Part shown: positions 23,009 through 35,639 of the stretch, one piece after another
How positions within the stretch are numbered: the first letter of the stretch is position 1
Layout: the number at the start of each line of letters is the position of its first letter
Source: Dipteris shenzhenensis
Taxonomy: Eukaryota
DNA: 64,000 nt
NCBI GenBank assembly: GCA_047967505.1
Contig: CM106538.1
Reading direction: 5' to 3' (one strand)
The notes under the pieces: generated by a model
What the model was told of the DNA's origin: nothing
The model's database searches: none
What the model saw: only the letters and a program-made list of their open reading frames with translations
Translations under genes and position numbers: made by a program

Positions 23009-26000
23009 TGTTATTATGGATGTGGGAGAGGAGAGCATGCACAAAGGGGTAAGGAGACCCCCAAAGTGGTGGAGCAAAAGCTACTCCAGCTTATTCCTCT
23101 ATCATATATATATGAGTATACATGGGCACTATACATTGGGTGGGCACATTGCCCTTACCCCAACAACCTCCCACTTAAAGGCAGTGTGCCTTTAAGGGAG
23201 TATATTATACATATAATACAATCAGCCATAGGCTGAAAAACAAGATGACCAGACCGTCATCCTATGCCTATCGGCACTTTACAATGTGCAAAGTGCATAG
23301 AGGATAAGCTACTAGCAGACATCAGGTTTGCCAGATAGAAAATGACAAGTTGTAGATGCATGTCAACCAAGATCTCATGCCAGATCTCACTTGGAGAGTG
23401 AACTCTCACCACCACGTGCTCCTGTGCTAAGTCCATAGTACCTGAACTGTCACTGTGCATAGAAAATGTCTCTGTACCACCTGTGACCATAAGCACATGC
23501 CTTACAATAGACCACTGCTGGTCTACCCAACCTGCATCACCTGCATACTGCTCCTGGAAGCATAAGGACCTGATGTCCACAACCACTTCCCTACTGCCAA
23601 AATCTGCCATAATCATGCTACCAACTCCCATTGCAACGGAAGCAAGATCCAAAAGTGTAGCCCCAATGGCAAACATGTGAGAACCAAGTCTCAACACAAT
23701 CATGGATGTCTATTGTAGTCATCAATAAAAGTGACAAAATAATGATAGCCTCCAATAAATGTAGCTTTAGTAGTCCACACATCAGAGTGGATTAATTCCA
23801 ATGGCTTCTTACTCTCTTGAACATGTCTAGGAAATGGTTTCCTTGCTTGTTTTCCAAATTGGTAGGCTTCACATACCTTATGCATTTTTGCAACCTTGAA
23901 TTTAGGCAATCCTGCAATAATATTTTTGGGCCTGCATTGATTTAAGTCACTGTACATTAACATGACCAATGCATTTATGCCAGATATCAATATCTGCAAC
24001 TACACCGGTCCCATGTGCAAACATTGCTGCACTCAATTCAGGCATGTCCGCATCTAACATAAACATCCTGCCCTTCTTATTTCCTTTTGCTATCAAGTGA
24101 TCGTTACTTTTCATATCTCAACAAAGCATCCATGAGGATTAAATCTGACATGCAAGTCTTGCTCAACCATTTGACCAATAGAAACCAGGTTCTTGGTGAT
24201 ATTCGGGACATGAAATACATCATACAGGTATTTCTTTTTCCCATCCTGCATAGACAAAGGAATTTTACCAATCTGCACAATAGGATGTGCAGTATCATCA
24301 CCAGTCTCCACAAATCCTGGTCTTTCCATTTTCCTTGCATCCTACAACCATTATGCATGACCTATCATGTGGTTTGACACACCTGAGTCAACATACCACA
24401 CATCATTGCTTTCTTCTGCACTTGTCACATAATTGGTCATGTGCTGCACCATAAACAGATGCTCATTTCTGTCATCACCCTGTCTACTAGAAGATGCATA
24501 ATTCCCTTGCTGCAATTTTCCATTCATGATGTCATTCTGCTTTTTATAGCAGTCTTTAGCCATATGATCCATTTTACCACAGTAGTAGCATTCAACATTA
24601 CTGTTTACATTTTGGCCTCTCTACCATCCTCCACAACCTCTTTGGCTCCCCCTGCCTCTAGATTTACCACATCCTCCTCCATAGGACTTGTTTTCTTGAG
24701 TTTGCTGCATATTCTGATTTCTACCATGGCCTCCAGATCAGCCTACTCTACCTCTGCCTCTACCTCTTCTAGCATTTGAGTAGAAGATAGTTTCTTTTGA
24801 AGTTCCTTCTGAAGAAGATGCACCACCATTTCTCTGCTCTTTAGAAATTAGAAGAGCAAACAACTCCTCAAAATCAAGAAATTTTTCACGGACGGCAATG
24901 GATGTCCAAAACTATGTATAATCCTTTCCTAGACCATTCAAGGTCATAGAAACTAAATCATCATCTTCCACTAGTGACCCAATGGAAGCAAGTGCATCTG
25001 CAATTTTCTTCACCTTCATGTGGTAGTCATTGATGCTCTTATTTTCTCTCTGCACATTGTGCAACTCCTGCTTGAGCTGCATTTTCCTGGCTTGCGTATT
25101 TGTGCTATACATTTTTGCCAAAGTATCCCATGCCTCCTTTGGCGTACTTGCATCCTGAATATGCATAATCATAGAATCTGAAATACTGATAAACAACCAG
25201 TACACATAACTTTTCTGGCTCTCTAAATCCATCCTTTAAATTCTTGCATTTCCTATTGATTGGGAACATTAGGAAGAACTGGTTCTTCTTCATTTCCTGT
25301 AATGAACTCCCAATAGCCTTTTCCCATCATGGAAATTCATCATTCTAAGCTTCCATGCTTGGAAGTTATTCTTGTCAATCTTTTTAATGACAATCTGTGA
25401 AAGAGAATCAGACACCATTACAGAACACTGCAATATATTCTGTCACTGCAAAAAACATAGCTTCTGCCTCACAAGGGCAAATCCACAAAACTGATGAAAG
25501 TGGTATTTGACCACACAGTCACTTCCTAGTGACAATTTTGCATGAACAGGCAATAAGGATGATCCTGTAACTCCCAATATCTCTGCGCACAGGCATACGA
25601 TGCAATTTCCTTTTCACCGACCTGTAGAGTAGTGGCCGCACAGCAAAAAACAGGGCCTTTTTCTCAGTGCTTGTGGAGAACTTCTGTCTCTAAAACGGGC
25701 CCCGAAATGGCCTCGAATCAGAAAAATAAAGTCACACCTTCTCGCCACATTGCGAAGGGCATCTCAATCTAAGACAATGCACTCTTGCACTTTCTGGCTG
25801 TGCTACCTGCAGAGATTTGCTCCCAAACTCGAAAAAGGAAAGCAACACTGGTCCTCTTACCAAGACACCGTGAACTTGGTTTGCTTTCTTGAGCTCCTTA
25901 CCATGAACTAGGCTCTGATACCATGTGAAGATAGTGGGAGAGAAGGAAGGACTCTCACTTGTGGCTTTCTCGCATACACAATGGGGGAATACACACAAAG

Positions 26001-26734
26001 GTGAAGGTTGAAAACAGTTTTCCTCTTCTTAGTTGTGAAAGCCAAAAGAACTCTAGTACAAAGAAATAGAATACCAGACAGTGCTTTTTGTGTCACCTTC
26101 CCATGCTAAGACCCAGCATACAAGATGAAATGATGTGCCACAAAGGCTTACAAAGATCCACTCAACAATGGCAACACACATTCAATCTTAAAGCCTAAAA
26201 TCTCATGACACAGAAGCTCTTAAATAGTTGGTCACAACAGCAATGACACTATGCATAGTGATAGAAGATAACACTGCAAATATATAACCATGTAGAGAAT
26301 AGTTGGTTTTTTCCAGCATCATTAACAACTGCCAACAAGCTTCTCCAATCACTGAGTTGCTTGTAAGAGTGTCTCCCTCATGATATGTCACCTTATATGA
26401 CATGGCAAGATGAGGTGGCAAGTAGGGCCTTGCATGGAATGATGTGGCCAGAAGCACCTTGATGGCATGTCTTTCATGATGTGTTAACATGTATGAGGTG
26501 GAAAAATAAGCTAGCAAGGTGATGTGGATTGATGTGGCAGGTGGCAAACGATGTGTACATTAAGAACTATCACCAGGTATGATGTGGCAACGACACATGG
26601 TTAATTACATGTCTTTCTCCTTAGGTGGCTAGATGACGTGGAAAGGAAATGTGGTCACTGTGTAAGGCTATATTAGTGAAATTTGATGCTAGGGATGACA
26701 TAAAAAATGTAACCATCCCGCTTGAGCATACAAC
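23009..26734 (-). mobile_element. Ty1/Copia remnant: 5' LTR, PBS, gag-protease-start of integrase, fused to a different RNase H-like/PPT/short LTR end
   Basis: PBS (tRNA-iMet, ggctctgatacca) at 25911-25923 with LTR from 25924 (right end ~26734 is approximate). gag ATG at 25418 (DKNNFQAWK...KEAWDTLAKMY...KMQLKQEL); CCHC CYYCGKMDHMAKDC; protease WYVDSGVSNHM; integrase LELIHSDVW...FVTFIDDYNR ending at ~23703. PPT at 23166-23176 and a short LTR at ~23009-23165. Confidence 0.85.
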
Positions 26735-28339
26735 CTTTGGCCAATACCCTGCAATAGTGTATGGTGGGGTAGGTGTCAACATGCTCACAAAATATCTCTT
26801 TAAGGATGGGGGCTACCACCAATGAGGAGCACTGCATTTAACATACACCTAGCTGACCACACTAATGGGGGCTACCACCAATGAGGAGCACCACATTCAA
26901 AATATGCCTAGCCGACCACACTAATATGAAGTCACTAGCATGTAGAATCTAGAGCACCCCAAGGTGTGTTGAATTGAACCTGCCAGTCTTTGATGGACAT
27001 GATGATACTTTCACGCATCTCATTTGCACCCACCTTGAGGACCATGAAAAGTATCATGCCCATCCAATATGGTATGAATGGTCAAGGATGCATTATATCA
27101 TGTTTTTCATATGCCATCATGCACAAGAGTCAGAAAACGTGCTTTGATGTGGCTTATTTAAATGTGCGAGTCTTTGATGGACACAATACTTTGCACACAC
27201 CTCCATGTCACCTACCCTAATGTGTGTACAAAGTATCATGCCAATCACATATGGTATGCATGGTAGGAGACAATACCATGTTTTATACCAAGTATCATGC
27301 ACAAGGGTCAGCTTTGAGTTCACTTATTCGAAGATGCAAGTCTCTTATGGACATGATCTACTCTACACATGAACTTAAGTTATGATAACATCTACCTAAG
27401 CCAGTCAACATGATTTGATTCCACATGCAAATGTGGAGGTGTATGCAAGCTTTAGACTATTGAATTGTTGAGCTGCTTTTGTATGCCCTAGAAATTGATC
27501 ATGAAGCACGTGGAGTTGAAGTATCTCTTGCTCTTGAGCATCCAATTTTGTTTGGTGTGCACAAGTATCTCTCTTGTGTTAAGAGGAAGAGAAAGAGGAG
27601 AGAGGACACAAGAGTTGTGTTGAGAAGGAGAGAAATAGGAGAGACATTGACACAAGAGTTGCTCCCAAGCTGAGTGCCTTATTCATAGATCATAGGCATA
27701 TATATAGTTGAGGACTAGGCTGAGTTAGGGCAAGCTATATATAGCTCTAGCACCCCCACTCAAACTAGGCCCTCTAGCCACAGATGAAAAAACCCTTGGG
27801 GAGTACAAGGGAAAAACCCGAGCCACTATATATATCTATGTGAAAATATATATACAAAGGATGGCCATATGCCAATTTTGAATGATACAGTGTAATGCTA
27901 GATGATACAGTGCAAATTGCATGTGGATAGGATAAGGACATAAGACAAGCACTTGTCCATAGTACAGTGCAAAGTATAGGCACTATGTTTGGTGCATGAT
28001 ACAGTGCAAAGTATGTGTGAAAAATAGAAAAATCTTCCTGGAAATATCAACTTGTTTGACATAGTGATGATGCATAATCAGGGCTTGAGATCTTCAAGTT
28101 TGATGTTTGAGCTCTTCATCTAAATAGTAGAGCTTGTTGTCTCCAAGTTCATTTTGGTCAAACCTCCTCAAACGTTTATGATCATGCCTTCATGTTTTGC
28201 ACAATTAATCCACATAAAATGACCAATTTCATGCGGTGTATATGAACACAACAAATATTCAAGTGTCCATTTCTATTGTTCCAAGGATGAATGTATGAGA
28301 AAATTGCTTCGGTCACTCCAAAGATGAGTATGGAGGGGC

Positions 28340-29065
28340 GATTTGAGATGTCCACAAAGCCATGGCTGAAATGTCTCTTGGGTAGTGTAAGAAAGCTGTA
28401 GCAACACATAGGAAGGCCCATAAAGTTCCTGCAAATCAAGAACCAATAATCCAAAAACACAACGAGCATTCGGGCACCTGAAGTATCGGATTTGATATGT
28501 CCATAAAGCCAGGGCTGAAATGTCACTTGCGTAGTGTAAGAAAGCCATAGCAACACAATAGAATGGCCCATAATGATCCTGGAAATCAAGAACCAATAAT
28601 CTAGAAACACAATGGCCATCTGGACATCCGAAAGTACCAAACAATTGAGCATCCCAGAAGTACCGAACAACCAAAAATACGAACAATTGAGCATCCCAGA
28701 AGTACTAAACAATTGGGCAGCCGGAAGTATCGAACAACAGAAAATACAACCAAAATAAGCCATGCATGTATGACAAGAGACAAGCTTGTATGGATTAGAC
28801 ACAGCTGACATAATCATAGTGGGAATGAAAAAGTACTGAACAACTGGGAAGCCGAAAGTACCAAACAACCGGAAATATGAACAATTGGACATCCCAGAAG
28901 TACCGAACAACTGGGTAGCCAAAAGTACCGAACAACCAAAAATACAATGAGAATAAGCCACGCACATATGATAAGAGGCAAGCTTGTGTGGATTAGACAC
29001 AACTTACATAATCATAGCGGGAATGAAATAACAACCTCTTCACATCCAAAAGTACCGAACAACCG
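28340..29065. repeat. Compound tandem repeats with AAGTACCGAACAAC motifs
   Basis: The motif occurs ~9 times (28632-29062), with larger duplications at ~28345-28465/~28495-28615 and ~28645-28830/~28880-29030. Confidence 0.8.
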
Positions 29066-29156
29066 AGAAGACGAGCATCTGAGATTACAGAGAACATCCA
29101 CTAAAGGATGTCTTGGTTGTCTAGGAAGGAAGCATCCTCCTCAATTGATGCGGCCA

Positions 29157-31210
29157 TTCTGAGAAGACCACATCGCAACTTACTATTACCTTCTTGGTAA
29201 TAGGGTTATAGAGATGGTAACCCTTCGCCTCTTCACTATAGCCCAAGAAAATACACTTCTGACTCTTCGGTTCCCATTTGGTCCTATTAGCATCAGCAGG
29301 GACATGCACAAACAGTCACATCCAAAAACTCTAAAATGTGCAGCTGAAGGTTTCGTACCAGAAAAGGCCTATAGTGGAGTCATCCCATTCACAGCTTTCG
29401 TGTAGCTACGATTCAGAATGTAAACTGTAGTGTTACATGCTTCAGCCTAGAAAGCCTTTGGCAAAATCTTTCCCTTTCATCATTCTCCTGCCCATTTCAT
29501 AGATGATGCGCATCTTGCGTTCTACTACTCCATTTTGCTATGATGTATGTGGCGGGGGATTTCTGCCTCTTGATCTTGTGACTTTTGTAGTAACTCTCGA
29601 ATTCAATTGATGTGAACTCTCCACCTCTGTCTGATCTCAATTTCTTCATCTTCTTTCCCGTTTCTTTCTCGACCACTACATGTCATTCCTTGAACTTACT
29701 AAAAGCCTCGTCTTTAGTCTTTAGGAAGTATATACATATCCTTCTACTATAGTCGTCGATCAGCATCATGAAGTAGTAGGAACCACCCAAAGCTTCCATC
29801 TCCATATTTCCATAGCCGTGTGAACGACGAGCTCTAGATTTATCATCAGAAGAAGATGGGTTACCAGAGTCCTTACCCTTACCTTTCTTTGATCCAGCGT
29901 AGAAAGCCAAATCTTCTCCAGTCCTTGTCTTTTAATGCATCTCCTCCTCTAGAAGCATCGTGCTGAAATCCTCAAAGTTGAGGGGTGGATTTTTGTTTTG
30001 TGTATTCAACGCCATAACAAGACCGTCGTACTTTGATGGGAGAATCTGTGTAGACCTTCGTGCTAGATTGTTGCTGGTGATGGTGATGCCGATCGCAAAC
30101 ATCTGATCGTGCAGATTCTTCACCTTGGTGATGAACTTCTCTGCCACTTCAGACTTAGACAATTTCTCGTTCGCGAGTTGAGTCTCTAGATTCTGAATCC
30201 GCATCTGATTCGTGGTCTCATACTAATTTTTCAAGACCATCCATGCCTCTGGATCCGCCGGTCTCACAACCAGCCTCACGTTCACCCCAGTAGCAGTGTC
30301 CCAAAGCTCATATGTGCTTAGGATGGTCTTCATCTTCAACTTCCAGAGTGGTAGTTAGAGCCGTCCAACTTTTTGCTTTTGCCGAATGGTGGGATTCGTA
30401 GTCTTGCGGGCTAGGCCATCTCTCACAATCTGCTCACAAACAAAAACACACTACCAAATCTTCTTGCTAGAGTCCAGGCTCTGATACCATGTAAGAAAAC
30501 AATACAACGTCTATGCTCAATAGATAACAGGATCTCGTACGCAAGAGAGAAAACAGATAGTATGGAGAATCAAAAATTTGATTACTATAGAACTGATACA
30601 ATAGATGGTGCTGCCTCCCAACCATGTGCTCTTGTGAAAGAAGCTTCGATGGCGAGCTGGAAATAGTAGAGGACGAAGGCTAGATGCTAAGGTATCAGGG
30701 TTGCTATAGCCAGTGATGAAATGGGCTTCACGAGCTTGCTCTTATATAGCCACTAGTCGTAGTCAGTTGGACTGAATTGGGTGACCGACCCAGTCCGCCC
30801 AAAACAGTCGACTAAGGGTTGGTCCCAAAATAGGCCACCGACCACACGATAGAACCGGTGCGCAAAATAGAGCAATTGACCTACAGACACCGTTCAGCCC
30901 ATAGCCATCCGGGATCATCTGGGACTCCAAACGGGCCCCGCAACCCGAGAGTGGGCTGCCTTGGGAAATGCTCCGTCTACCCTCAATGCAGTCAGCCATG
31001 GGATGCCTTCCCGCACTTGCATGTAGCCTAGTTGGCAGTGTGCCAACTCTGTCCAGCCATCAGGCCACACATGGCCCCCATCTGGTGTTCAAACCAGGAC
31101 CTACCGAATAACCGAGCTACTCAAATGCCTTCTCCTCATATGGGGGGCTTACAAGTAGAGTTAGCTGGTTCCCGCATAGTTACATGAGAGTGGAGCATTG
31201 ATATCTAACA
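29157..31210 (-). mobile_element. Truncated, internally deleted Ty1/Copia element (5' LTR 30490-31210, PBS, gag, integrase)
   Basis: PBS ggctctgatacca at 30477-30489; LTR TGTAAG...TCTAACA. gag KLDGSNY...RIQNLETQLANEKL is joined directly to integrase ALGGSYYFMMLIDDYSRR...KCIFLGYSEEAKGY...VSCDVVF. Protease, RT, RNase H and the 3' LTR are absent. Confidence 0.88.
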
Positions 31211-31229
31211 AATGTCCCATCCAAAGTGT

Positions 31230-32240
31230 TTTTTGAGAGCATCCAAATGATTCTTTAGACTGCTTTGATACTTTCATAAGATCCATTGACCCAAAAATGT
31301 GAAAATATGATGGTAAATGCTTCCATTAGGTCATTTCGTGAAAACCTACTTTTGATCTCATCTACTATTGCACTTGCAACTTCGCTATGGGCATTTTTCA
31401 CTGTTTGTACTTTCTTTAAAAAAGCCTCTTTTTTAATGTATTGTAGTCTTTTGTGTCATTTGTTTTCTCTCATCATCTTGAAAACCTGATTGTTTGCACA
31501 AAGGCAAACTTATCCTTCCTGGTCACATGTTAAAAGAGAAGAATCCCCATCTAGGTCTATTAAAATTTTTCAATCTTTAAACAATTTCTCGTCTTGAAAA
31601 CTGGAGCTTGACTTTTATCATATGCTATTGTTATACTCAAATTACTGAGTTTTATTGCCTTGACATATTCATTGATATAAATATCCTTCGATTGAGACAT
31701 GTTATTCAACATATTCATTTTGTCTAAAAATGGAATAATTCCACACAATCCCAATATTGAATCTATGTTGGTTAGTTCATGATACAAAATATCTGCCTTT
31801 TCAACCTCTTCTTTTGCCTCCATATGCATTAAATAGACCAAAGTCTTGTATTCATCCCATAATCTTTTCACTGGCTGAACCAAAGATATCCATCTAGTAT
31901 CCACATTCTTCAAAATCTTCCTCCCTTTTGTACCTACTACTTCTGCAATAACTCTAAATTGATTGTATCTTTTTGGACTCTTGAAAAAGTAAGAGTAGCT
32001 TTTTTTAACCAAAGTCTTGATTCATTGTACTAATGGAAATGTGGAGACAACTTTGTAAGCTAGATTTGTGCGATGAGCCATAGAATGTATCCCAACACAG
32101 TAAGGAGCATATTTTGTTTCTATTTGTATAGAGACACCATTCCAACAACCTTGCAAGATTGAAGCACCATCACATGCAAAACAAACAAGTTTCTTGACCA
32201 TCTCAGACTCTGTCATGCCTCCATACTCTTTTACTAAGCA
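31230..32240 (-). pseudogene. hAT-superfamily (ZNF862/DUF4371-like) transposase fragment
   Basis: LVCFACDGASILQG, GIHSMAHRTNLAYK, SYSYFFKSPKR and KILKNVDTRWISL are canonical hAT catalytic-core motifs; contains stops and is truncated at both ends. Confidence 0.85.
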
Positions 32241-32539
32241 TTTCGAACTATAAAATTAAAGTTCTAAATTCAAATTTGAAAATGAAAATTTTAAGTTTCA
32301 AATTCATACTTCAAATTTTGAAATCTCAAACTTGCAAATCGACCAAGTTTCAATTTACGAATGTACACATCTATGTTGTAAGAGAATTCAAATCGACCTT
32401 AGGTCGATAACATGTCTTTGTTCAAAGAAACATGCATACACACAACAAAATCGACCTTGGGTCGATTCGAGGCATAGACATACCCACACTCTAATGAATT
32501 CAAAGACCTTAGGTTGAATTCAATGTGCGAGTGTGCGAG

Positions 32540-33630
32540 TATTTATTGGTCCTTTGTATAATGTAAGTTGAAATTGGTTTGGGATGCTTTATGTAGTGTA
32601 GTATTATGATTTCAAACATGAAAGAAGGGCTTGGTTCAGGAAGTGGTGTCTGGTTCTTGCGCTCACAAGGCAGGGGTCTAAGAGGCACCACGACCTAGGA
32701 CCAAGTTTCTTAGATCTAGTTGACAACCTGAAGAAATGTATGCTTATTTATTTTTTAAAAGTTTTTGTTGTGAATATGCATATGCATCATTGTATGTGAT
32801 GTTCTCTTTCTTTTTTAATGTATTTATTGGTCCTTTGTACACTGTATGTTGAAATTGGTTTGGGATGCTTTATGTAGTGTAGTATTATGATTTCAAACAT
32901 GAAAGAAGGCCTTGGTTCATGAAGTGGTGTCTGGTTCCTGCGCTCACAAGGCAGGGGGCTAAGAGGCACCACAACCTAGGACCAAGTTTCTTAGATCTAG
33001 TTGACAAGCTAAAGAAATGTATGCTTATTTATTTTTTAAAAGTTTGTTGTGAATATGCATATGCATCATTGTCTATGATGTGCTCTTTCTTTTTTGATGT
33101 ATTTATTGGTGCTTGTATAGAGTAAGTTGAAATTGGTTTGGCATGCTTTGTAGTATTACAATTTGAAATATGAAAGAAGGGCTTGGTTCAGGAAGTGGTG
33201 TCTAGTTCTTGTGCTCACAAGGCAGGGGGCTAAGATGCACCATGACCTAGGACCAAGTTCCTTAGATCTAGCTGACAACCTAAAGAAATATATGCTTATT
33301 TATTTTTTAAAAGTTTATGTTGTGAATATGCATATGCATCATTGTCTGTGATGTGCTCTTTCTTTTTTAATGTATTTATTGGTGCTTTGTATAGGGTAAG
33401 TTGAAATTGGTTTGGCATGCTTTATGTAGTATAGTATTATGATTTCAAACATGAAAGAAGGGCTTGTTGGTTCAGGAAGTGGTGTCTGGTTCCTGTGCTC
33501 ACAAGGCAAGGGGCTAAGAGGCACCACGACCTAGGAACAAGTTCCTTAGATCTAGCTGACAACCTGAAGAAATATATGCTTATTTATTTTTTAAAAGTTT
33601 ATGTTGTGAATATGCATATGTATTATTGTT
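32540..33630 (+). repeat. Tandem array of four ~275-280 bp units
   Basis: Units start with atttattggt at 32541, 32822, 33101 and 33374; each contains ggttcaggaagtggtgtctggtt...ttagatctag. Confidence 0.95.
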
Positions 33631-33737
33631 TGGTATGCATAATGTGATGTGACCCTTCTTTTTTTAATAAGTTGATACCAATTTCATGTATGTTGGGCTA
33701 TGATAAATTTTGTTTTGATCCTGCATACGGTTTAGGG

Positions 33738-35258
33738 ATGGAAGGATCTAAGCATAAGGCTATTGATTTTGAGTTATCTAAAGCACAATGAAAGTATGTC
33801 AATCAGGTCCTTTGAGATGAGCTTCTTGTAGAGATAAACAACATGAGTACAAAGGAGATGGAGATGGCCATAAAAAGCACTTCTACATTGCATACTCTAA
33901 AGAGCAAAGTTGTTTTAAGTACAAGGCATCAAGTAGAACTGGATCCTAATAGGAAACACCTTGTAGGGATTACAAAATGGGACACTGATGTTATGTTATG
34001 GGTAGAGAGCAACATTGGGAATGTCTTGGCTCGGTTTCACGAAGCATGCACAAGGAACCCAACCTTTGCAAATGATGTTAATGAGGCAAAGATGCATTTA
34101 TGGAATTCCATTTGGGCTAAAAATAAGACAAAGGATATAAGGTCGGATGTGAAAACCATACTAGCTGCAAGTTGGGAGAAAAAGTCAGCAATTGCTTTCA
34201 GAAGGGCAGAGGAAGTAGCAAAAGGAGAAGAAAGTGCAAGGATTTTAAATGGAAAAATGCGAAAAGTGCAAGGTAGTAATTTTCAAAAGCTACAGATCAG
34301 GGCAAGTCATATAAGCAATGTGTCCTTCATGATGTACATAACTGAAAATGAGATCCAAGTTTGTGAAAAGATAGGTTTCGGCACATATGGATTTGTCTAC
34401 AAAGTACAACTCACAGGTGCTCCAAGATTATTACAGTATATATGCTATGCTAGAAAGCAATATAAGGGTGACATAGGGGATCATACATGAGAGGCAAGGA
34501 AGGAGGGACAAATGCAAATTCGGCATCTTATGCTTATTCGTGTTATTGCAGCAACTCCAAAAGAGCCCTTGTGGACTATCACGCCATATTTTAATGGTGG
34601 TAGCTTGATGCACTTCATAAGAACTTTACCATATGAGCAAGGTAGGTTTAGGCGCTATGTTGACATCATCCTAAAAAGAGGCAAAGAAATGAAGGCAAGG
34701 GCACAAGGAACATTGGAAGATGTATGTACAAGGGAGCAAATAGAGCAAATTAACTACTTTAGTGCAAATGTGTACCACATTATACATGCACTCATTGCTG
34801 GATTAGCAAGGTTACATAAGGGTCAATGGATTCATACAAACTTACATCCTGGTAACATTCTATTAGATTTCACAGCAAATGGTGCATGTAGAGTTGGCAT
34901 AATTGATTGGGGGATGGCACTAGTTTCTTCAGAGACTAGAAAAGCTTTTAAGGATATGAAGAAGACATCTCTAGAGGCTGACCAACAATTTACACAAAGG
35001 AAGCATAAGAAAGAGCAAGAGCATGCACAAAAGAAGTGGTTTGCACCTGAGCTTCAATGTTTTTCTAGGAGAGGTGTGCATAGCCCTCAGTCAAACATAT
35101 ATGCATTAGGATGGATAATTACAGAGGTTACACAGTTTTGGGAAGATGCAGTTGGGTATTTTGGACTTTCTCGCCACATGCCTGATAGTGCACTATTAAA
35201 GTGTATTAAAAAACATGCCTTTGAACAGATGATGACTGAGAAATGGAATTATGGCTAG
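33738..35258 (+). pseudogene. Intronless protein-kinase-like gene with N-terminal extension, disrupted by in-frame stops
   Basis: One reading frame with TGA at 33789, 33813 and 34488. Kinase subdomains: IGFGTYGFVYKV, YARKQY, ITPYFNGGSL, IHTNLHPGNILL, IIDWGMA, WFAPEL, SNIYALG. Confidence 0.85.
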
Positions 35259-35639
35259 AGCTTCATTGTGTTGCATGTCTTCCATGGGATTGTTAACCTC
35301 ATGAAGAGCATCTTCCTTCTCACTAGTTAGGCTAGGTTTTGGATTGTGACTACATGCCTGTGAAAATTGAAATTCTATAATACTAAATTTCTTTTACCGT
35401 TGGGAAAACTTGGTAAAACAAGCCCTCACTCATCTAGCAAGGCTGTTGTTATAAATGACTTAATCAAATAATCAAAGTATTGAACTTTACTAGGATAAAT
35501 GGAAAAATCAATAGTTATAAAGTCAGTTTCATAATTTGTTATTTCTCATGCTCCTAATCCATTTCTTCTGAGATCATCTGCACTGAACCACATTTTCAAA
35601 CAATAAACTAGTAGGTCAATGGTACTTCCCATTGTTACA

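Noticed and set aside
28182-29000. 272-aa minus-strand ORF
   Set aside because: It translates the AAGTACCGAACAAC tandem repeats (repeated LFGTSG) and has no domain signature.
32540-33630. Regularly spaced repeats considered as a CRISPR array
   Set aside because: The context is eukaryotic, whole 280-bp units are repeated with no unique spacers, and there are no cas genes.
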